64,000 nt of DNA from Bacillota bacterium (GCA_963929915.1 CAWVJY010000008.1:226705-290704), one strand, 5' to 3'. Positions 1 to 13,772 are shown, counted from the first letter of the stretch. Translations and numbers: made by a program. Notes: generated by a model not told the origin, from the letters alone.

Positions 1-645
1 TTCTTGTTTGGTATAATAAGAATCTACAACAGTTAGCAAACAAGAAGCTTTTTTTCCTAATTGATGAGCAATATAAAATAAAGCAAAAGCCTCCATTTCA
101 CAAGCAATAATATTTAATTCTTTTGGAAAACGATTAATAAATGCAGGAATATCTGGAAGATAACCGTCAAAACAATCATTACACAAAGTATTTCCTTTTA
201 TATATGGCATAGCAATTTCTTTAGCGGTTTGTTCTATTAGGTCATTTAAAAAAGCATTAGATCCCATTAAATGGCAATCATCTTCTTTCCATTCATAGGC
301 AAAATTACCTTCTGTATAAGACTTATCTACTAAAATGGTGTCAAATAATTTTAAATCCTTGTTATAACTACCACAAGAACCAATACGAATCATATTTTCT
401 ACCCCATAAAATTGAAATAGTTCATAACAATAAATTCCCATACTTGGCATACCCATACCAGAGGAAAAAACAGTAATCTCTTTTCCTTTATAAGTACCTG
501 TATATGCTAACATATTGCGCACCGTGTTTACTAACCTAGCATTTTCTAAAAAGTTTTCGGCAATATATTTAGCACGAAGCGGATCACCTGGAATTAATAC
601 TGTTTTGGCAATATCTTCTTTTTTGGCATTACAATGAATTGACAT
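1..645 (-). CDS. deoD: purine nucleoside phosphorylase, DeoD type (3' end cut by window edge)
   Basis: Not in ORF track because it runs off the window. Own reverse-strand translation MSIHCNAKKEDIAKTVLIPGDPLRAKYIAENFLENARLVNTVRNMLAYTGTYKGKEITVFSSGMGMPS... fits the DeoD/PNP-I family (GDPLRAKYIAE, GMGMPS). RBS AAGGAGGA 6 nt upstream of the ATG (rc at 643-645). Confidence 0.8.
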   Translation of the reverse strand, partial: MSIHCNAKKEDIAKTVLIPGDPLRAKYIAENFLENARLVNTVRNMLAYTGTYKGKEITVFSSGMGMPSMGIYCYELFQFYGVENMIRIGSCGSYNKDLKLFDTILVDKSYTEGNFAYEWKEDDCHLMGSNAFLNDLIEQTAKEIAMPYIKGNTLCNDCFDGYLPDIPAFINRFPKELNIIACEMEAFALFYIAHQLGKKASCLLTVVDSYYTKQE

Positions 646-728
646 ATATATGTCCTCCTTTTATAATAGTTAAATTTTTAATAAAGACATTATATAAAAA
701 CAATTAAAAAAAAGCAATGTGTAATTAG

Positions 729-1178
729 TTGATAAAAATAATAAAATATGGTACACTAATTACAGAGGAGGGGATTAAGATTAGTGATTTTGATAAAATA
801 GAATATTGGCTAGAGTTGGCTATTTATGATTTAGAAACAGCTAAAGCAATGTTAAAAAGTAAAAGATATTTATATGTTGGATTTATGTGTAATCAAGTAA
901 TTGAAAAAATGTTTAAGGCGTATTATATAAAAGTAAAAAATGAACCTCCACCATATACACATAAATTAATTAGATTAGCAGAAGAAAGCAATCTTTATAA
1001 AAAAATGACTGAACAGCAAAAAGATTTTTTAGACTTAATAGCACCACTAAATATAGAAGCAAGATATCCTACACAAAAACAAGAAATATTTGAAGCGCTA
1101 AATAAAAAGAAATGTAAGCAAATTATAGATGAAACAGAGGAGATGATATTATGGATAAAACAAAAGTTAAAAATTTAG
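729..1178 (+). CDS. HEPN domain protein (PF05168-like); probable toxin partner of the downstream nucleotidyltransferase
   Basis: Pattern LELAIYDLETAKAMLKSKRYLYVGFMCNQVIEKMFKAYYIK and C-terminal EARYP fit the HEPN profile. Overlaps the nucleotidyltransferase ORF by 28 nt. Track start at 729 is TTG; true start is probably near 774-780, just after RBS GAGGAGGGG at 765-773 (only ATT in frame). Confidence 0.55.
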   Translation: MIKIIKYGTLITEEGIKISDFDKIEYWLELAIYDLETAKAMLKSKRYLYVGFMCNQVIEKMFKAYYIKVKNEPPPYTHKLIRLAEESNLYKKMTEQQKDFLDLIAPLNIEARYPTQKQEIFEALNKKKCKQIIDETEEMILWIKQKLKI

Positions 1179-1465
1179 TTGAAGAATATGCTAAACTTGT
1201 TGTAAAAAATATGATTGTGAATAAAATAATCTTATATGGTTCTTATGCAAGAGGAGATTATAGACAAGATAGTGATATTGATGTGGCAGTTGTAGTGCCA
1301 AAAAATAGTGTATCAAAAGATATTCTAGAAGATATGGCTAAATTGTTTAAATTAAGAAGAAATATATCTACAGATATCGAACCAGTATTACTTATAGATG
1401 GGGAAGATAAAAGTGGATTCTTAGAAAGTATTTCTAAATATGGAGAAATTATATACTCAAGGTAA
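1151..1465 (+). CDS. minimal nucleotidyltransferase (MNT/Pol-beta superfamily, PF01909-like)
   Basis: GSYARGDYRQDSDIDVAVVV is the classic GS...DxD nucleotidyltransferase motif. ATG with RBS GAGGAG. Size and pairing are typical of HEPN/MNT modules. Confidence 0.7.
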   Translation: MDKTKVKNLVEEYAKLVVKNMIVNKIILYGSYARGDYRQDSDIDVAVVVPKNSVSKDILEDMAKLFKLRRNISTDIEPVLLIDGEDKSGFLESISKYGEIIYSR

Positions 1466-1502
1466 TTTAGGAAAAATTGACAACCGCTTTTCAATAATAT
1501 TT

Positions 1503-2695
1503 ATAAATGGTAAAATTAAATTACCGTTTTAAGATAAATAAAAAGACACATAATTAAAACTTATGATACAATGTTGGTGTCGAATCAAACATTGAAAGGA
1601 AGAATTAATTATGTGTCAAGAAAATAATACCACAAAAAGTAGAAAAGGTAAACACTTAGAATATAGTGAAAGACAATCAATAGAAAGATGGTGGAATAGA
1701 GATAAACGTACAAAACTTGAAATAGCTGAACTTTTAGATAGAACAGAAAAGACAATAAGGAATGAAATAAAAAGAGGATTAGTAAAAAATCTAACAACGG
1801 AATTAATTGAAATATGGGTATATAGTGCAGATGTAGCACAGCAAAAATATGAATATTATTTAAAAGCAAAAGGACCAAAGTTAAAAATAGATAATGATTA
1901 TGAATTAAAAGAATATGTTGAAAAAGCTATAAAAGAAGATAAAAAGTCACCAGAAGTAATAGCAAAAGAGATAAAAACAATGAATTTTAAAACAAAAATG
2001 TGTGCAAGAACAATTAGAAATAATATATATGCAGGAGATATTTATGATATAAAATCAAGCGATATGATTTACAACAAAGAATATAAGGAAAAAAATAAAG
2101 AAAAGACAGTATGCGAAAAAGTACCAGCAGAAAAGAGTATAGATTATAGACCAGAAGAAGCTAATAGTAGAGAAATATATGGACATTGGGAAGGAGATTT
2201 AGTAATAGGAACTAAAAAAAGAGGTTCAGTATTATTTACTTTAACTGAAAGAAAGACAAGGGAAGAAATAATCGTAAAGCTACCCGGAAAGAAAGCAGAA
2301 TATGTAGCAAAAGCATTAGATATAATAGAAAAGAAATATAAAAAAATATTTTATAATAAATTTAAAACTATAACTTTTGATAATGGTGGAGAATTTAGAA
2401 ATTGGAAGGCTTTAGAGAAATCTTATGATAATCGAAGAAAAAAGGCTAGAACACAAATATATTATGCCCATCCATATCGTTCAGGAGAACGAGGAAGTAA
2501 TGAAAATGCTAATAGATTAATAAGAAGGTTTATACCAAAAGGAATTGATATAACACCAATATCAGAAGAATTTATACAAAAAATAGAAGATTGGATAAAT
2601 AATTATCCAAGAGCTATGTTTAATTATAAAAGTACCAACGAAATCTTAAGTGAAATTTGTGCATAATAAACCGGAAATTTATTATTGCCATTTAT
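1503..2695. mobile_element. IS30-family insertion sequence, apparently intact
   Basis: 28-bp imperfect terminal inverted repeats (ATAAATGGTAAAATTAAATTACCGTTTT at 1503-1530 vs rc of AAACCGGAAATTTATTATTGCCATTTAT at 2668-2695) bracket a single IS30 transposase ORF. A perfect 14-bp direct repeat TTTTCAATAATATT lies immediately outside both ends (1488-1501 and 2697-2710). Confidence 0.7.
1611..2666 (+). CDS. IS30 family transposase (DDE)
   Basis: 351 aa. N-terminal HTH, HWEGDLVIG ... TFDNGGEF ... ANRLIRRFIPKG match the IS30 DDE catalytic region. ATG with RBS GAAAGGAAG. Confidence 0.85.
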   Translation: MCQENNTTKSRKGKHLEYSERQSIERWWNRDKRTKLEIAELLDRTEKTIRNEIKRGLVKNLTTELIEIWVYSADVAQQKYEYYLKAKGPKLKIDNDYELKEYVEKAIKEDKKSPEVIAKEIKTMNFKTKMCARTIRNNIYAGDIYDIKSSDMIYNKEYKEKNKEKTVCEKVPAEKSIDYRPEEANSREIYGHWEGDLVIGTKKRGSVLFTLTERKTREEIIVKLPGKKAEYVAKALDIIEKKYKKIFYNKFKTITFDNGGEFRNWKALEKSYDNRRKKARTQIYYAHPYRSGERGSNENANRLIRRFIPKGIDITPISEEFIQKIEDWINNYPRAMFNYKSTNEILSEICA

Positions 2696-2737
2696 ATTTT
2701 CAATAATATTGAATAAAAATCTTGACAGAAAAAATAA

Positions 2738-4450
<1,713 letters not shown>

Positions 4451-4476
4451 GATTTAATAACTTAATTAACACTATT

Positions 4477-4535
4477 AGAAAACAAGACTGTTCTAAAAAT
4501 AAATTTAGTCTGATTTTAGAATAGTCTTGTTTTCT
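4477..4535. terminator. long bidirectional hairpin terminator between pyrG and the convergent antitoxin gene
   Basis: AGAAAACAAGACTGTTCTAAAA (4477-4498) is the inverted complement of TTTTAGAATAGTCTTGTTTTCT (4514-4535), with a 15-nt loop. Confidence 0.6.
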
Positions 4536-4579
4536 GACTAAAATAAATCTGCATGAGTTCCAGCATTTCAATTTTATAT

Positions 4580-4867
4580 TTATTCATCTTGGCTATTTAA
4601 TTCCTCCATTAATTCATCAACAGTGTTAAAAGATTTATAATTTTCTGGATTTTTAATCATTTCTAATGTTTCTTTAATAGCTTCGATAGTTTCTTTATTA
4701 TATTTAGGCTTTTTTATATCAAAAGGAATACTTTCGGTTAATACAACTTGTTTCAAAAAGATAGTTACAGCATCAGCTATATTCATTCCTAAATCATTAA
4801 GGGTTTCTTCTACTTCTTTTTTTAATTCTGGTTCTATTCTAATATTTATGGTATCAGTTTTAGACAT
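4580..4867 (-). CDS. RelB/DinJ family type II antitoxin, apparently orphan
   Basis: MSKTDTINIRIEPELKKEVEETLNDLGMNIADAVTIFLKQVV is the ribbon-helix-helix DinJ/RelB pattern. RBS GGAGGTG before the ATG at 4867. No intact toxin gene follows. Confidence 0.6.
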   Translation of the reverse strand: MSKTDTINIRIEPELKKEVEETLNDLGMNIADAVTIFLKQVVLTESIPFDIKKPKYNKETIEAIKETLEMIKNPENYKSFNTVDELMEELNSQDE

Positions 4868-5110
4868 TTTTAACACCTCCTATCTTAATTCATTTATATT
4901 GTAACACAATGTAAGTACAATGTCAATTATATTTTATTAGTTTTCCCATAAAAAAGTTACATTATACAAAAATATTTTTTATTTAAAATGATTTTATAAT
5001 CATTTGAGACGCTTGTGAAAATGGTTAACTGCAAAAGTAAATTACAATTGTGAAAATTATGTGAAATTTTAAAATAGTACTTGACAATTAGAATAAATGG
5101 GTATAAATTA

Positions 5111-5137
5111 TTAGCAGTCTTACAAAAAGACTGCTAA
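5111..5137 (+). promoter_or_regulatory. CIRCE inverted repeat (HrcA operator) in the groESL promoter
   Basis: TTAGCAGTC-N9-GACTGCTAA versus consensus TTAGCACTC-N9-GAGTGCTAA. Preceded by TTGACA and TATAAAT promoter hexamers. Confidence 0.8.
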
Positions 5138-5169
5138 TTTAAATAAAAAAAACTAATAAAACAGTTTAA

Positions 5170-5493
<324 letters not shown>

Positions 5494-5584
5494 AAAAGTA
5501 AGAATAAAAAATAGATAATCTTAAATAATCTATAAATTTTGTAGATTAGATGAATAATTGATAAAAATAAAAAAAGATTGATAA

Positions 5585-7237
<1,653 letters not shown>

Positions 7238-7268
7238 TATAAGTATTAGTTAAGATAGAAATAGTTTT

Positions 7269-7308
7269 GGGACGTATTTTAAAACGGATTTCGTTTTAGA
7301 ATACGTCC
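7269..7308 (+). terminator. rho-independent terminator after groEL
   Basis: GGGACGTATTTTAAAACGG / CGTTTTAGAATACGTCC hairpin followed by a T-run. Confidence 0.6.
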
Positions 7309-7441
7309 TTTTTCGAGTTCTACTTTAACCAAAAAAAGAATTTTGTGAAAAAATACTATAAAAATATATGGAATTTTGTGAAAAAACAATTGAATATACC
7401 TGGAATTTTGTGATATAATATACATAGGATGGTGATGAGAA

Positions 7442-8782
7442 ATGGAATTACTAAAAAGAAAAGTAGATAAATATTTAGAAGAATGGAAGGAAAGTCCAGA
7501 TAGAAAACCTTTAATTATAAAAGGTGCACGTCAAGTAGGAAAAACAGAATCCATTAGAAACTTTGCTAAGAATAATTATAAAAGTGTTATTGAAATTAAT
7601 TTTGCTCTTCAAAAACAATATAAAGATATTTTTGATGATGGATTTGAAGTAGATACAATTATAAAAAATATTTCATTAAGAAATCCAAACTATGAGTTTA
7701 TACCAGGGAATACTTTAATATTTTTTGATGAATTACAGGATTGTATTAATTGTGCAACATCCTTAAAATCATTTAGAGAAGATGGAAGATATGATATTAT
7801 TTGCTCAGGTTCGCTTATGGAAATTAATTATAATGAAATTGAATCAAATAGTGTAGGAAATAAAGAAGATTACGAAATGAATTCAATGGATTTTGAAGAA
7901 TTTCTTTGGGCAAAAGGGTATAGGGAAGAACAAATAGAAGACTTATATGTACATATGAAAAATTTAACACCACTTTCTAACACAGAACTTTCCATTATGT
8001 TTGAGAACTTTAAAGAATATATGATAGTAGGAGGAATGCCTGCTATTGTTAACTCTTTTGTAAAACAGAATAATTATAGTGGAACATTAAAAATGCAAAA
8101 ACAAATTCTTCAAGATTATGAAGAAGATATTACTAAATATGCAGGGGGATTAGACCATGCAAAAATTTTAAATGTGTATCGTAAAATACCTATATTTTTA
8201 GGAAATGAAAATAAAAAATTTCAAATTTCAAAAATCGAAACAGGTGCCAGAAATCGTGAATATATAGGAACAATAGACTGGTTAAGAGATAGTGGAATTA
8301 TTAATATTTGTTATTGTTTAGAACAGCCAGAACTTCCACTAGGTGGAAACTTTAATCCAGATAATTATCGTATTTACTTTAGAGATACAGGATTATTAAT
8401 TGGTTCACTAGACGAAGAAGCGCAAGAGGATTTAAGAAACAACAAAAATTTTAATACCTATAAAGGGGCTATTTATGAAAATATTATAGGAGATATGCTA
8501 GTAAAACAAGGATATCAACTATATTTTTATAAAAACGAAAAAGCTACAATAGAAATGGATTTTTTTGTTAGAGATAAAGACTCTCTTATTCCAGTTGAAG
8601 TAAAAGCCAATGATGGCGCTACCGTTTCCTTAAGAAACTTAATTGAAAGTGAAAAATATAAAGATATTAAGTATGGAATAAAGCTAGGATATAAAAATAT
8701 AGGATTTAATGGACAATTTTATACATTTCCGTATTTTTTAACTTTCCTTCTAAAAAGATATTTAAGAGAAAAAACGATATAA
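7442..8782 (+). CDS. AAA+ ATPase with DUF4143-type C-terminal domain
   Basis: Walker A GARQVGKT. Size and architecture are typical of the widespread ATP-binding, DUF4143 proteins of Clostridia. Confidence 0.7.
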   Translation: MELLKRKVDKYLEEWKESPDRKPLIIKGARQVGKTESIRNFAKNNYKSVIEINFALQKQYKDIFDDGFEVDTIIKNISLRNPNYEFIPGNTLIFFDELQDCINCATSLKSFREDGRYDIICSGSLMEINYNEIESNSVGNKEDYEMNSMDFEEFLWAKGYREEQIEDLYVHMKNLTPLSNTELSIMFENFKEYMIVGGMPAIVNSFVKQNNYSGTLKMQKQILQDYEEDITKYAGGLDHAKILNVYRKIPIFLGNENKKFQISKIETGARNREYIGTIDWLRDSGIINICYCLEQPELPLGGNFNPDNYRIYFRDTGLLIGSLDEEAQEDLRNNKNFNTYKGAIYENIIGDMLVKQGYQLYFYKNEKATIEMDFFVRDKDSLIPVEVKANDGATVSLRNLIESEKYKDIKYGIKLGYKNIGFNGQFYTFPYFLTFLLKRYLREKTI

Positions 8783-8827
8783 AATGATTAGTTATAAAAA
8801 ATAAAATTGCTGAAAGGTAGTAATTAT

Positions 8828-10262
8828 ATGCAAAATAAAAACATAAAAACAGTTGCTTTTTACACATTAGGTTGTAAAGTAAATCAATACGAAACAAATG
8901 CAATGATGCAAAAATTAAAAGAAGTAGGATTCGAAATAGTAGATTTTGAACGAAAAGCAGATATCTATATTATTAATACTTGTACTGTAACTAACATGGC
9001 AGATAAAAAATCTAGGCAAATGTTAAGAAGAGTAAAAGAAGTATCACCAAATTCTATTTTAGTTGCAGTAGGTTGTTATGCACAAGTGGCAAAACAAGAA
9101 TTAGAAAAAATACCAGAAATAGATTTAATATTAGGAATTAATGAAAAAAATGATATTGTGTGGTATGTAGAAAAAGCAATACAAGAAAAGACGAGCAAAA
9201 AAGAGAAAAAAATTGAAAGAGAAAAAGAAAATGAAACAAATAAAATAACTAGCAAAAAAAGCATAGATAACAAGGATTCTAGCTCTAGTCAGAAAAGTAA
9301 AATTGATATTGTAAATGTTTCCAATGTAGCAAACCAAAAAGAGTTTCTAGACTTTGGAAATGTTACCTACACAGAAAAAACAAGAGCAGTCATCAAAGTA
9401 CAAGATGGGTGTAACCAGTTCTGTTCCTATTGCATTATACCTTATGCCAGAGGTCGTATTAGAAGTAGAGAGCCACAAAGTGTTATTCAAGAAATTACTG
9501 CAATTAGCAAACAAGGTATTAAAGAAGTAGTTATTACTGGAATTCACTTAGCCTCTTATGGAAAAGATTTTGACCGGAGAACGACAAGAATATAGATTAA
9601 TTGATTTATTAGAAGAAATCCAAAAAATAGATGGAATTGAAAGAATTCGTTTGGGTTCCTTAGAGCCTACGTTAATTACAGAAGAATTTGTAACAAGACT
9701 TTCCAAACTTTCTAAAATCTGTGACCATTTTCATTTATCTTTACAAAGTGGATGTAATGAAACATTAAAAAGAATGAATCGAAAATATACTACTGAAATT
9801 TTTGAAAAAGGAGTAGAGATTTTAAGAAACACATATCCAAATGTACACTTAACAACAGATATTATTGTAGGCTTTCCAGGAGAAACAGAAGAAGAGTTTC
9901 AAACAACTTATGAATTCCTAAAGAAAATACAGTTCTATAAAATGCATGTTTTTAAATATTCTCCAAGAAAAGGAACAGTAGCTGCAAAAATGCCAAACCA
10001 AATAGATGGCAATAAAAAAGAAGAAAGAAGCAATTTACTAATAGAACTTTCAAACAAAAATGAACTTGCCTATAACCAAGAATATTTAGGCAAAATAGTA
10101 GAGGTTTTGTTGGAAGATAGAGAAGGTAAATACATAAAAGGTCATACCACAAATTACATGGTAGTAAAAGTACAAACAGAACAAGAACTAGAAAATACCA
10201 TACAAAATATAAAAATTACAGGTTTGGATGGAGTAGAACTAGTTGGAAGAATTGAATTATAA
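8828..10262 (+). pseudogene. mtaB: MtaB-type tRNA methylthiotransferase, reading frame broken near 9560-9595 (may be an indel error)
   Basis: N-terminal MTTase domain (TLGCKVNQYE), radical SAM CNQFCSYC, and the C-terminal TRAM part continue in a second frame (9558..10262). An unusual ~70-aa Lys/Ser-rich insertion (KEKKIEREKENETNK...SSSSQKSKID) sits between the N-domain and the radical SAM core. Confidence 0.7.
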
Positions 10263-10449
10263 TAAGAAAAATCAGTAAACAAATTAGCTGGAAAAAATAT
10301 GCTATAAATATTGAAAAACAACCATAAAAATGATATGATAACAATACAGTGAAAACAGAAAGGAGAATTTGCTCTAGATACTTAAAAATTACTTGGTATC
10401 AAAAACAAAAAGAAGAAGTATAAAAAAGTCTAGTACAAATAAAATAACA

Positions 10450-12207
10450 ATGAAAGCAATTGAAATTAGAAATACCTATTTAAAATTTTTTGAAAAACAT
10501 GGACACAAAATTATTCCAAGTGCACCATTAATACCAGAAAACGACCCATCTGTATTATTCACCACAGCAGGTATGCAACCTTTAGTACCATACCTTTTAG
10601 GGGAAACTCATCCAGAAGGAAAACGTCTTACAGACTATCAAAAATGTTTAAGAACCAATGATATTGATGAAGTTGGAGATAATAGACATTTAACCTATTT
10701 TGAAATGTTAGGAAATTGGTCTTTAGGAGATTATTTTAAAGAAGAAGCAATAACTATGAGTTATGAGCTATTAACCAAAGAATTTGGCATTGACCCTAAC
10801 AAATTATCTGTAACCTGTTTTGCAGGTGATGAAGATGCACCAAGAGATGAGGTGGCAGCAAATGCTTGGAAAAAAGCAGGAATTCCAGAAGAAAGAATTT
10901 ATTTTTATGGTAAAGATGATAACTGGTGGATAGCAGGAGAAGAAGGACCTTGTGGTCCAGATACAGAAATGTATTTAGATACAGGTAAGCCTGCTTGTGG
11001 ACCAGATTGCCAGCCTTCTTGTAGCTGTGGAAAGTATGTAGAAATTTGGAATAATGTATTTATGGAATATTATAAATCCAAAGATGGGTCTATTTCTAAA
11101 TTAAAACAACAAAATGTAGATACTGGTCTTGGACTAGAAAGAATGACAATGCTTTTGCAAGGAAAAGAAACTCCATTTGATACAGAAATATTTTTACCAA
11201 TTATGGAAAAATTAAAAGAACTTGCAAAACAAGATTCTATAGAAAGTAGAAGAATTGTAGCAGAACACTTACGTGCAAGTATTATGGTTATTGCAGATGG
11301 CGGAAAACCAAGCAATATAGACCGTGGTTATGTATTAAGAAAACTAATTAGAAGAATGACAAGACATTTAAATAAATTACAAATAAATTTAGAGGAACTA
11401 GGAAACTTAATTGATTTATACATAGATACTTTGCAAGAGCTATATCCAGAATTACAATCTAAAAAAGACATGATTAAGCAAACTATTATAGAAGAAAAAA
11501 ACAAATTTATGAAGACTTTATCTCATGGAGAAAAGGAATTTGAAAAAGTAGTAGCTAAAGCAAAACAAGAGAATAAAACCATGATAGATGGGTATACTAT
11601 TTTCAAATTATATGAAACTTATGGTTTCCCTCCAGAAATTACAACAGATTTAGCAAAAGAGCAAGGATTTACTGTAGATTTATCTGAATTTGATAAACTA
11701 TTTAAAGAACATCAAGAAAAATCTAGACAAGGTAGTGAATTAAAATTCAAAGGAGGACTTGCAGAACAAAATGAGCAAACAATAGCTTACCATACTGCAA
11801 CCCACCTTTTACATAAAGCTTTACAAATTGTATTAGGAGATCATGCAAAACAATGTGGTTCTAATATTACTACAGAAAGATTAAGATTTGACTTTACTCA
11901 TCCAGAAAAAATGACAAAAGAACAATTACAACAAGTAGAAAATTTGGTAAATGAACAAATTAAACGTGACTTGCCAGTAACTTGTGAAGAAATGACTTTA
12001 GAAGAAGCAAAAGCATCTGGTGCAACAGGTTTATTTGAAAATAAATATGGAGAAAAAGTAAAGGTATATACAATTGGAGATTTTAGTAAAGAAATTTGTG
12101 GTGGACCTCATGTTACCCATACAGGAGAGTTAGGACATTTTAAAATAAAAAAAGAAGAATCTAGTTCAGCAGGAGTAAGGAGAATTAAGGCTATTTTAGA
12201 AAAATAG
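10450..12207 (+). CDS. alaS: alanine--tRNA ligase, short form lacking the C-Ala domain
   Basis: MKAIEIRNTYLKFFEKHGHKIIPSAPLIP...FTTAGM class II core. Editing-domain HxxxH/CxxxH (TATHLLHKALQIVLGDHAKQCGS) lies at the C-terminus. Only ~586 aa, versus about 870 aa for typical bacterial AlaRS. Confidence 0.85.
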   Translation: MKAIEIRNTYLKFFEKHGHKIIPSAPLIPENDPSVLFTTAGMQPLVPYLLGETHPEGKRLTDYQKCLRTNDIDEVGDNRHLTYFEMLGNWSLGDYFKEEAITMSYELLTKEFGIDPNKLSVTCFAGDEDAPRDEVAANAWKKAGIPEERIYFYGKDDNWWIAGEEGPCGPDTEMYLDTGKPACGPDCQPSCSCGKYVEIWNNVFMEYYKSKDGSISKLKQQNVDTGLGLERMTMLLQGKETPFDTEIFLPIMEKLKELAKQDSIESRRIVAEHLRASIMVIADGGKPSNIDRGYVLRKLIRRMTRHLNKLQINLEELGNLIDLYIDTLQELYPELQSKKDMIKQTIIEEKNKFMKTLSHGEKEFEKVVAKAKQENKTMIDGYTIFKLYETYGFPPEITTDLAKEQGFTVDLSEFDKLFKEHQEKSRQGSELKFKGGLAEQNEQTIAYHTATHLLHKALQIVLGDHAKQCGSNITTERLRFDFTHPEKMTKEQLQQVENLVNEQIKRDLPVTCEEMTLEEAKASGATGLFENKYGEKVKVYTIGDFSKEICGGPHVTHTGELGHFKIKKEESSSAGVRRIKAILEK

Positions 12208-12321
12208 ATGTATTCTGAATCATTATTTATAAATGTTACTCTATAACTTAAAGAATATAAATGTAATACATTAATTAAATAAAAGATGAAAAATAATATA
12301 AAAAGAAAGGGATTTATAAAA

Positions 12322-12669
12322 ATGGAAGATTGTGTTTTTTGTAAAATTATAAAGGGAGAAATTCCTTCAGAAAAAGTATATGAAGATGATGAAATTTTAG
12401 CATTTAAAGATATTAATCCAGCAGCACCTATCCATGTTTTAATTATTCCTAAAAAACATATAGCTACTCTATTAGATATTTCTGATGAAGATAGTGCTTT
12501 AATGGGAAAAATGATGAAAGTAGTTCAAAAACTTGCTAAACAATTAGGTATAGAAGAAAAAGGATTTCGCTTAATTGCAAATTGTGGACCAGATTCTGGA
12601 CAAGAAGTAATGCATATTCATTTTCACCTATTGGCAGGAAGACCTATGGGACCTAAAATTATCTCATAA
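12322..12669 (+). CDS. HIT family (histidine triad) protein
   Basis: HIHFHLLAG histidine triad. Start moved from the track's 12286 to the ATG at 12322, after RBS AAAGGGA. Confidence 0.8.
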   Translation: MEDCVFCKIIKGEIPSEKVYEDDEILAFKDINPAAPIHVLIIPKKHIATLLDISDEDSALMGKMMKVVQKLAKQLGIEEKGFRLIANCGPDSGQEVMHIHFHLLAGRPMGPKIIS

Positions 12670-12741
12670 ACCTATAGATTATCTTACAAAAATGTGCTAT
12701 AATAATAATTGTAAGATAAATGTTGATAGGAGGAAATACAA

Positions 12742-13434
12742 ATGCAAAATAGTAAATATAGTAAAGTTTTAACTGTTATTTTAGTAATTGCTATTATAGT
12801 AATAATTGGTTTATTAGTTTTTGTAGGATTAGATTGGTATAAAACATATATTACTGGTGCAGATTCAGAAGGCGGAATTCATGATTTTGATGGTTATATT
12901 AATAATGTTTTAAACAATAGTGAACAGAACAACCAAAATAATGAAAACAATACAGAGGTAATAGAACCAAATATAAATGTTGAAAATACAGTTCAAAATA
13001 CAACTGGAGGTGAAGGAAGCTCTAACACAGGTCTTACTTATAAAGGCTATAATGTAGTAGGAAAAATAGAAATTCCTAAAACAGATGTAAGTTATGTAAT
13101 ATTAGACAAAGTAACACCTAAATCATTAGAAACTTCTATCGGACTTATGTATGGAGCTGGTATTAATCAAGTAGGAAATACGGTTTTAGCAGGACATAAC
13201 TTTAGAAATGGAACTTTCTTTTCTAATAATAAAAGATTAGAAGAAGGGGACAAAATTTATTTAACAGATATGGACGGCAATAGGGTAACATACGAAATTT
13301 ATAAAACATATACCACTACTCCTCAAGATTTTAGTTATGCAACTAGAGATACAAATGGAAAAAGAGAAATTTCTTTAACAACTTGTACAGATGATACTAC
13401 AAATAGATTAATTATTTGGGCAGTAGAAGAATAG
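12742..13434 (+). CDS. sortase (N-terminal membrane anchor)
   Basis: LAGH ... LTTCTDD ... NRLII give the catalytic His/Cys/Arg triad spacing of sortases. Confidence 0.75.
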   Translation: MQNSKYSKVLTVILVIAIIVIIGLLVFVGLDWYKTYITGADSEGGIHDFDGYINNVLNNSEQNNQNNENNTEVIEPNINVENTVQNTTGGEGSSNTGLTYKGYNVVGKIEIPKTDVSYVILDKVTPKSLETSIGLMYGAGINQVGNTVLAGHNFRNGTFFSNNKRLEEGDKIYLTDMDGNRVTYEIYKTYTTTPQDFSYATRDTNGKREISLTTCTDDTTNRLIIWAVEE

Positions 13435-13595
13435 AAAGAAAAGTAATAAGAAGAAAATATATTAGTAGTAAAGAAAATTAAAATGCAAAATAAAAAAGAG
13501 AAAAATATATAATCTTAAAAAAATAAAAGATAATGGTTGACAAATAACAACATTTTGTTGTACAATTATATATGCGTGTGAGCGTAATATGTGAT

Positions 13596-13673
13596 GGTGG
13601 ATGTAGCGTAGTTGGTTAACGCGCCAGTTTGTGGCACTGGAGACCGTGGGTTCGAGTCCCATCTTCCACCCCA
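13596..13673 (+). tRNA. tRNA-His (GTG) with G-1
   Basis: Folded by hand: acceptor GTGGATG/CTTCCAC (one mismatch), U8 A9, D-stem GCGT/ACGC, anticodon stem CCAGT/ACTGG with loop TTGTGGC, T-arm GTGGG-TTCGAGT-CCCAT, discriminator C, encoded CCA. An extra 5' G is present, as in tRNA-His. Promoter TTGACA/TACAAT lies upstream. Confidence 0.85.
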
Positions 13674-13691
13674 TAATATAATTGTAAATAC

Positions 13692-13766
13692 TGGGCTGTA
13701 GCCAAGCGGTAAGGCACTAGACTTTGACTCTAGCATGCGGTAGTTCGAATCTACCCAGCCCAACCA
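13692..13766 (+). tRNA. tRNA-Gln (TTG)
   Basis: Acceptor TGGGCTG/CAGCCCA is perfectly paired. Anticodon stem CTAGA/TCTAG with loop CTTTGAC. T-arm GGTAG-TTCGAAT-CTACC. Discriminator A plus encoded CCA. Confidence 0.9.
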
Positions 13767-13772
13767 ATGAGT

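Noticed and set aside
7269-7308. Possible extra REP copy because it starts with GGGACG
   Set aside because: Only the first 6 nt match. The rest is an AT-rich hairpin in the expected position for the groEL terminator.
13462-13763. Two minus-strand ORFs of 65-70 aa
   Set aside because: They overlap the tRNA-His and tRNA-Gln genes on the opposite strand.
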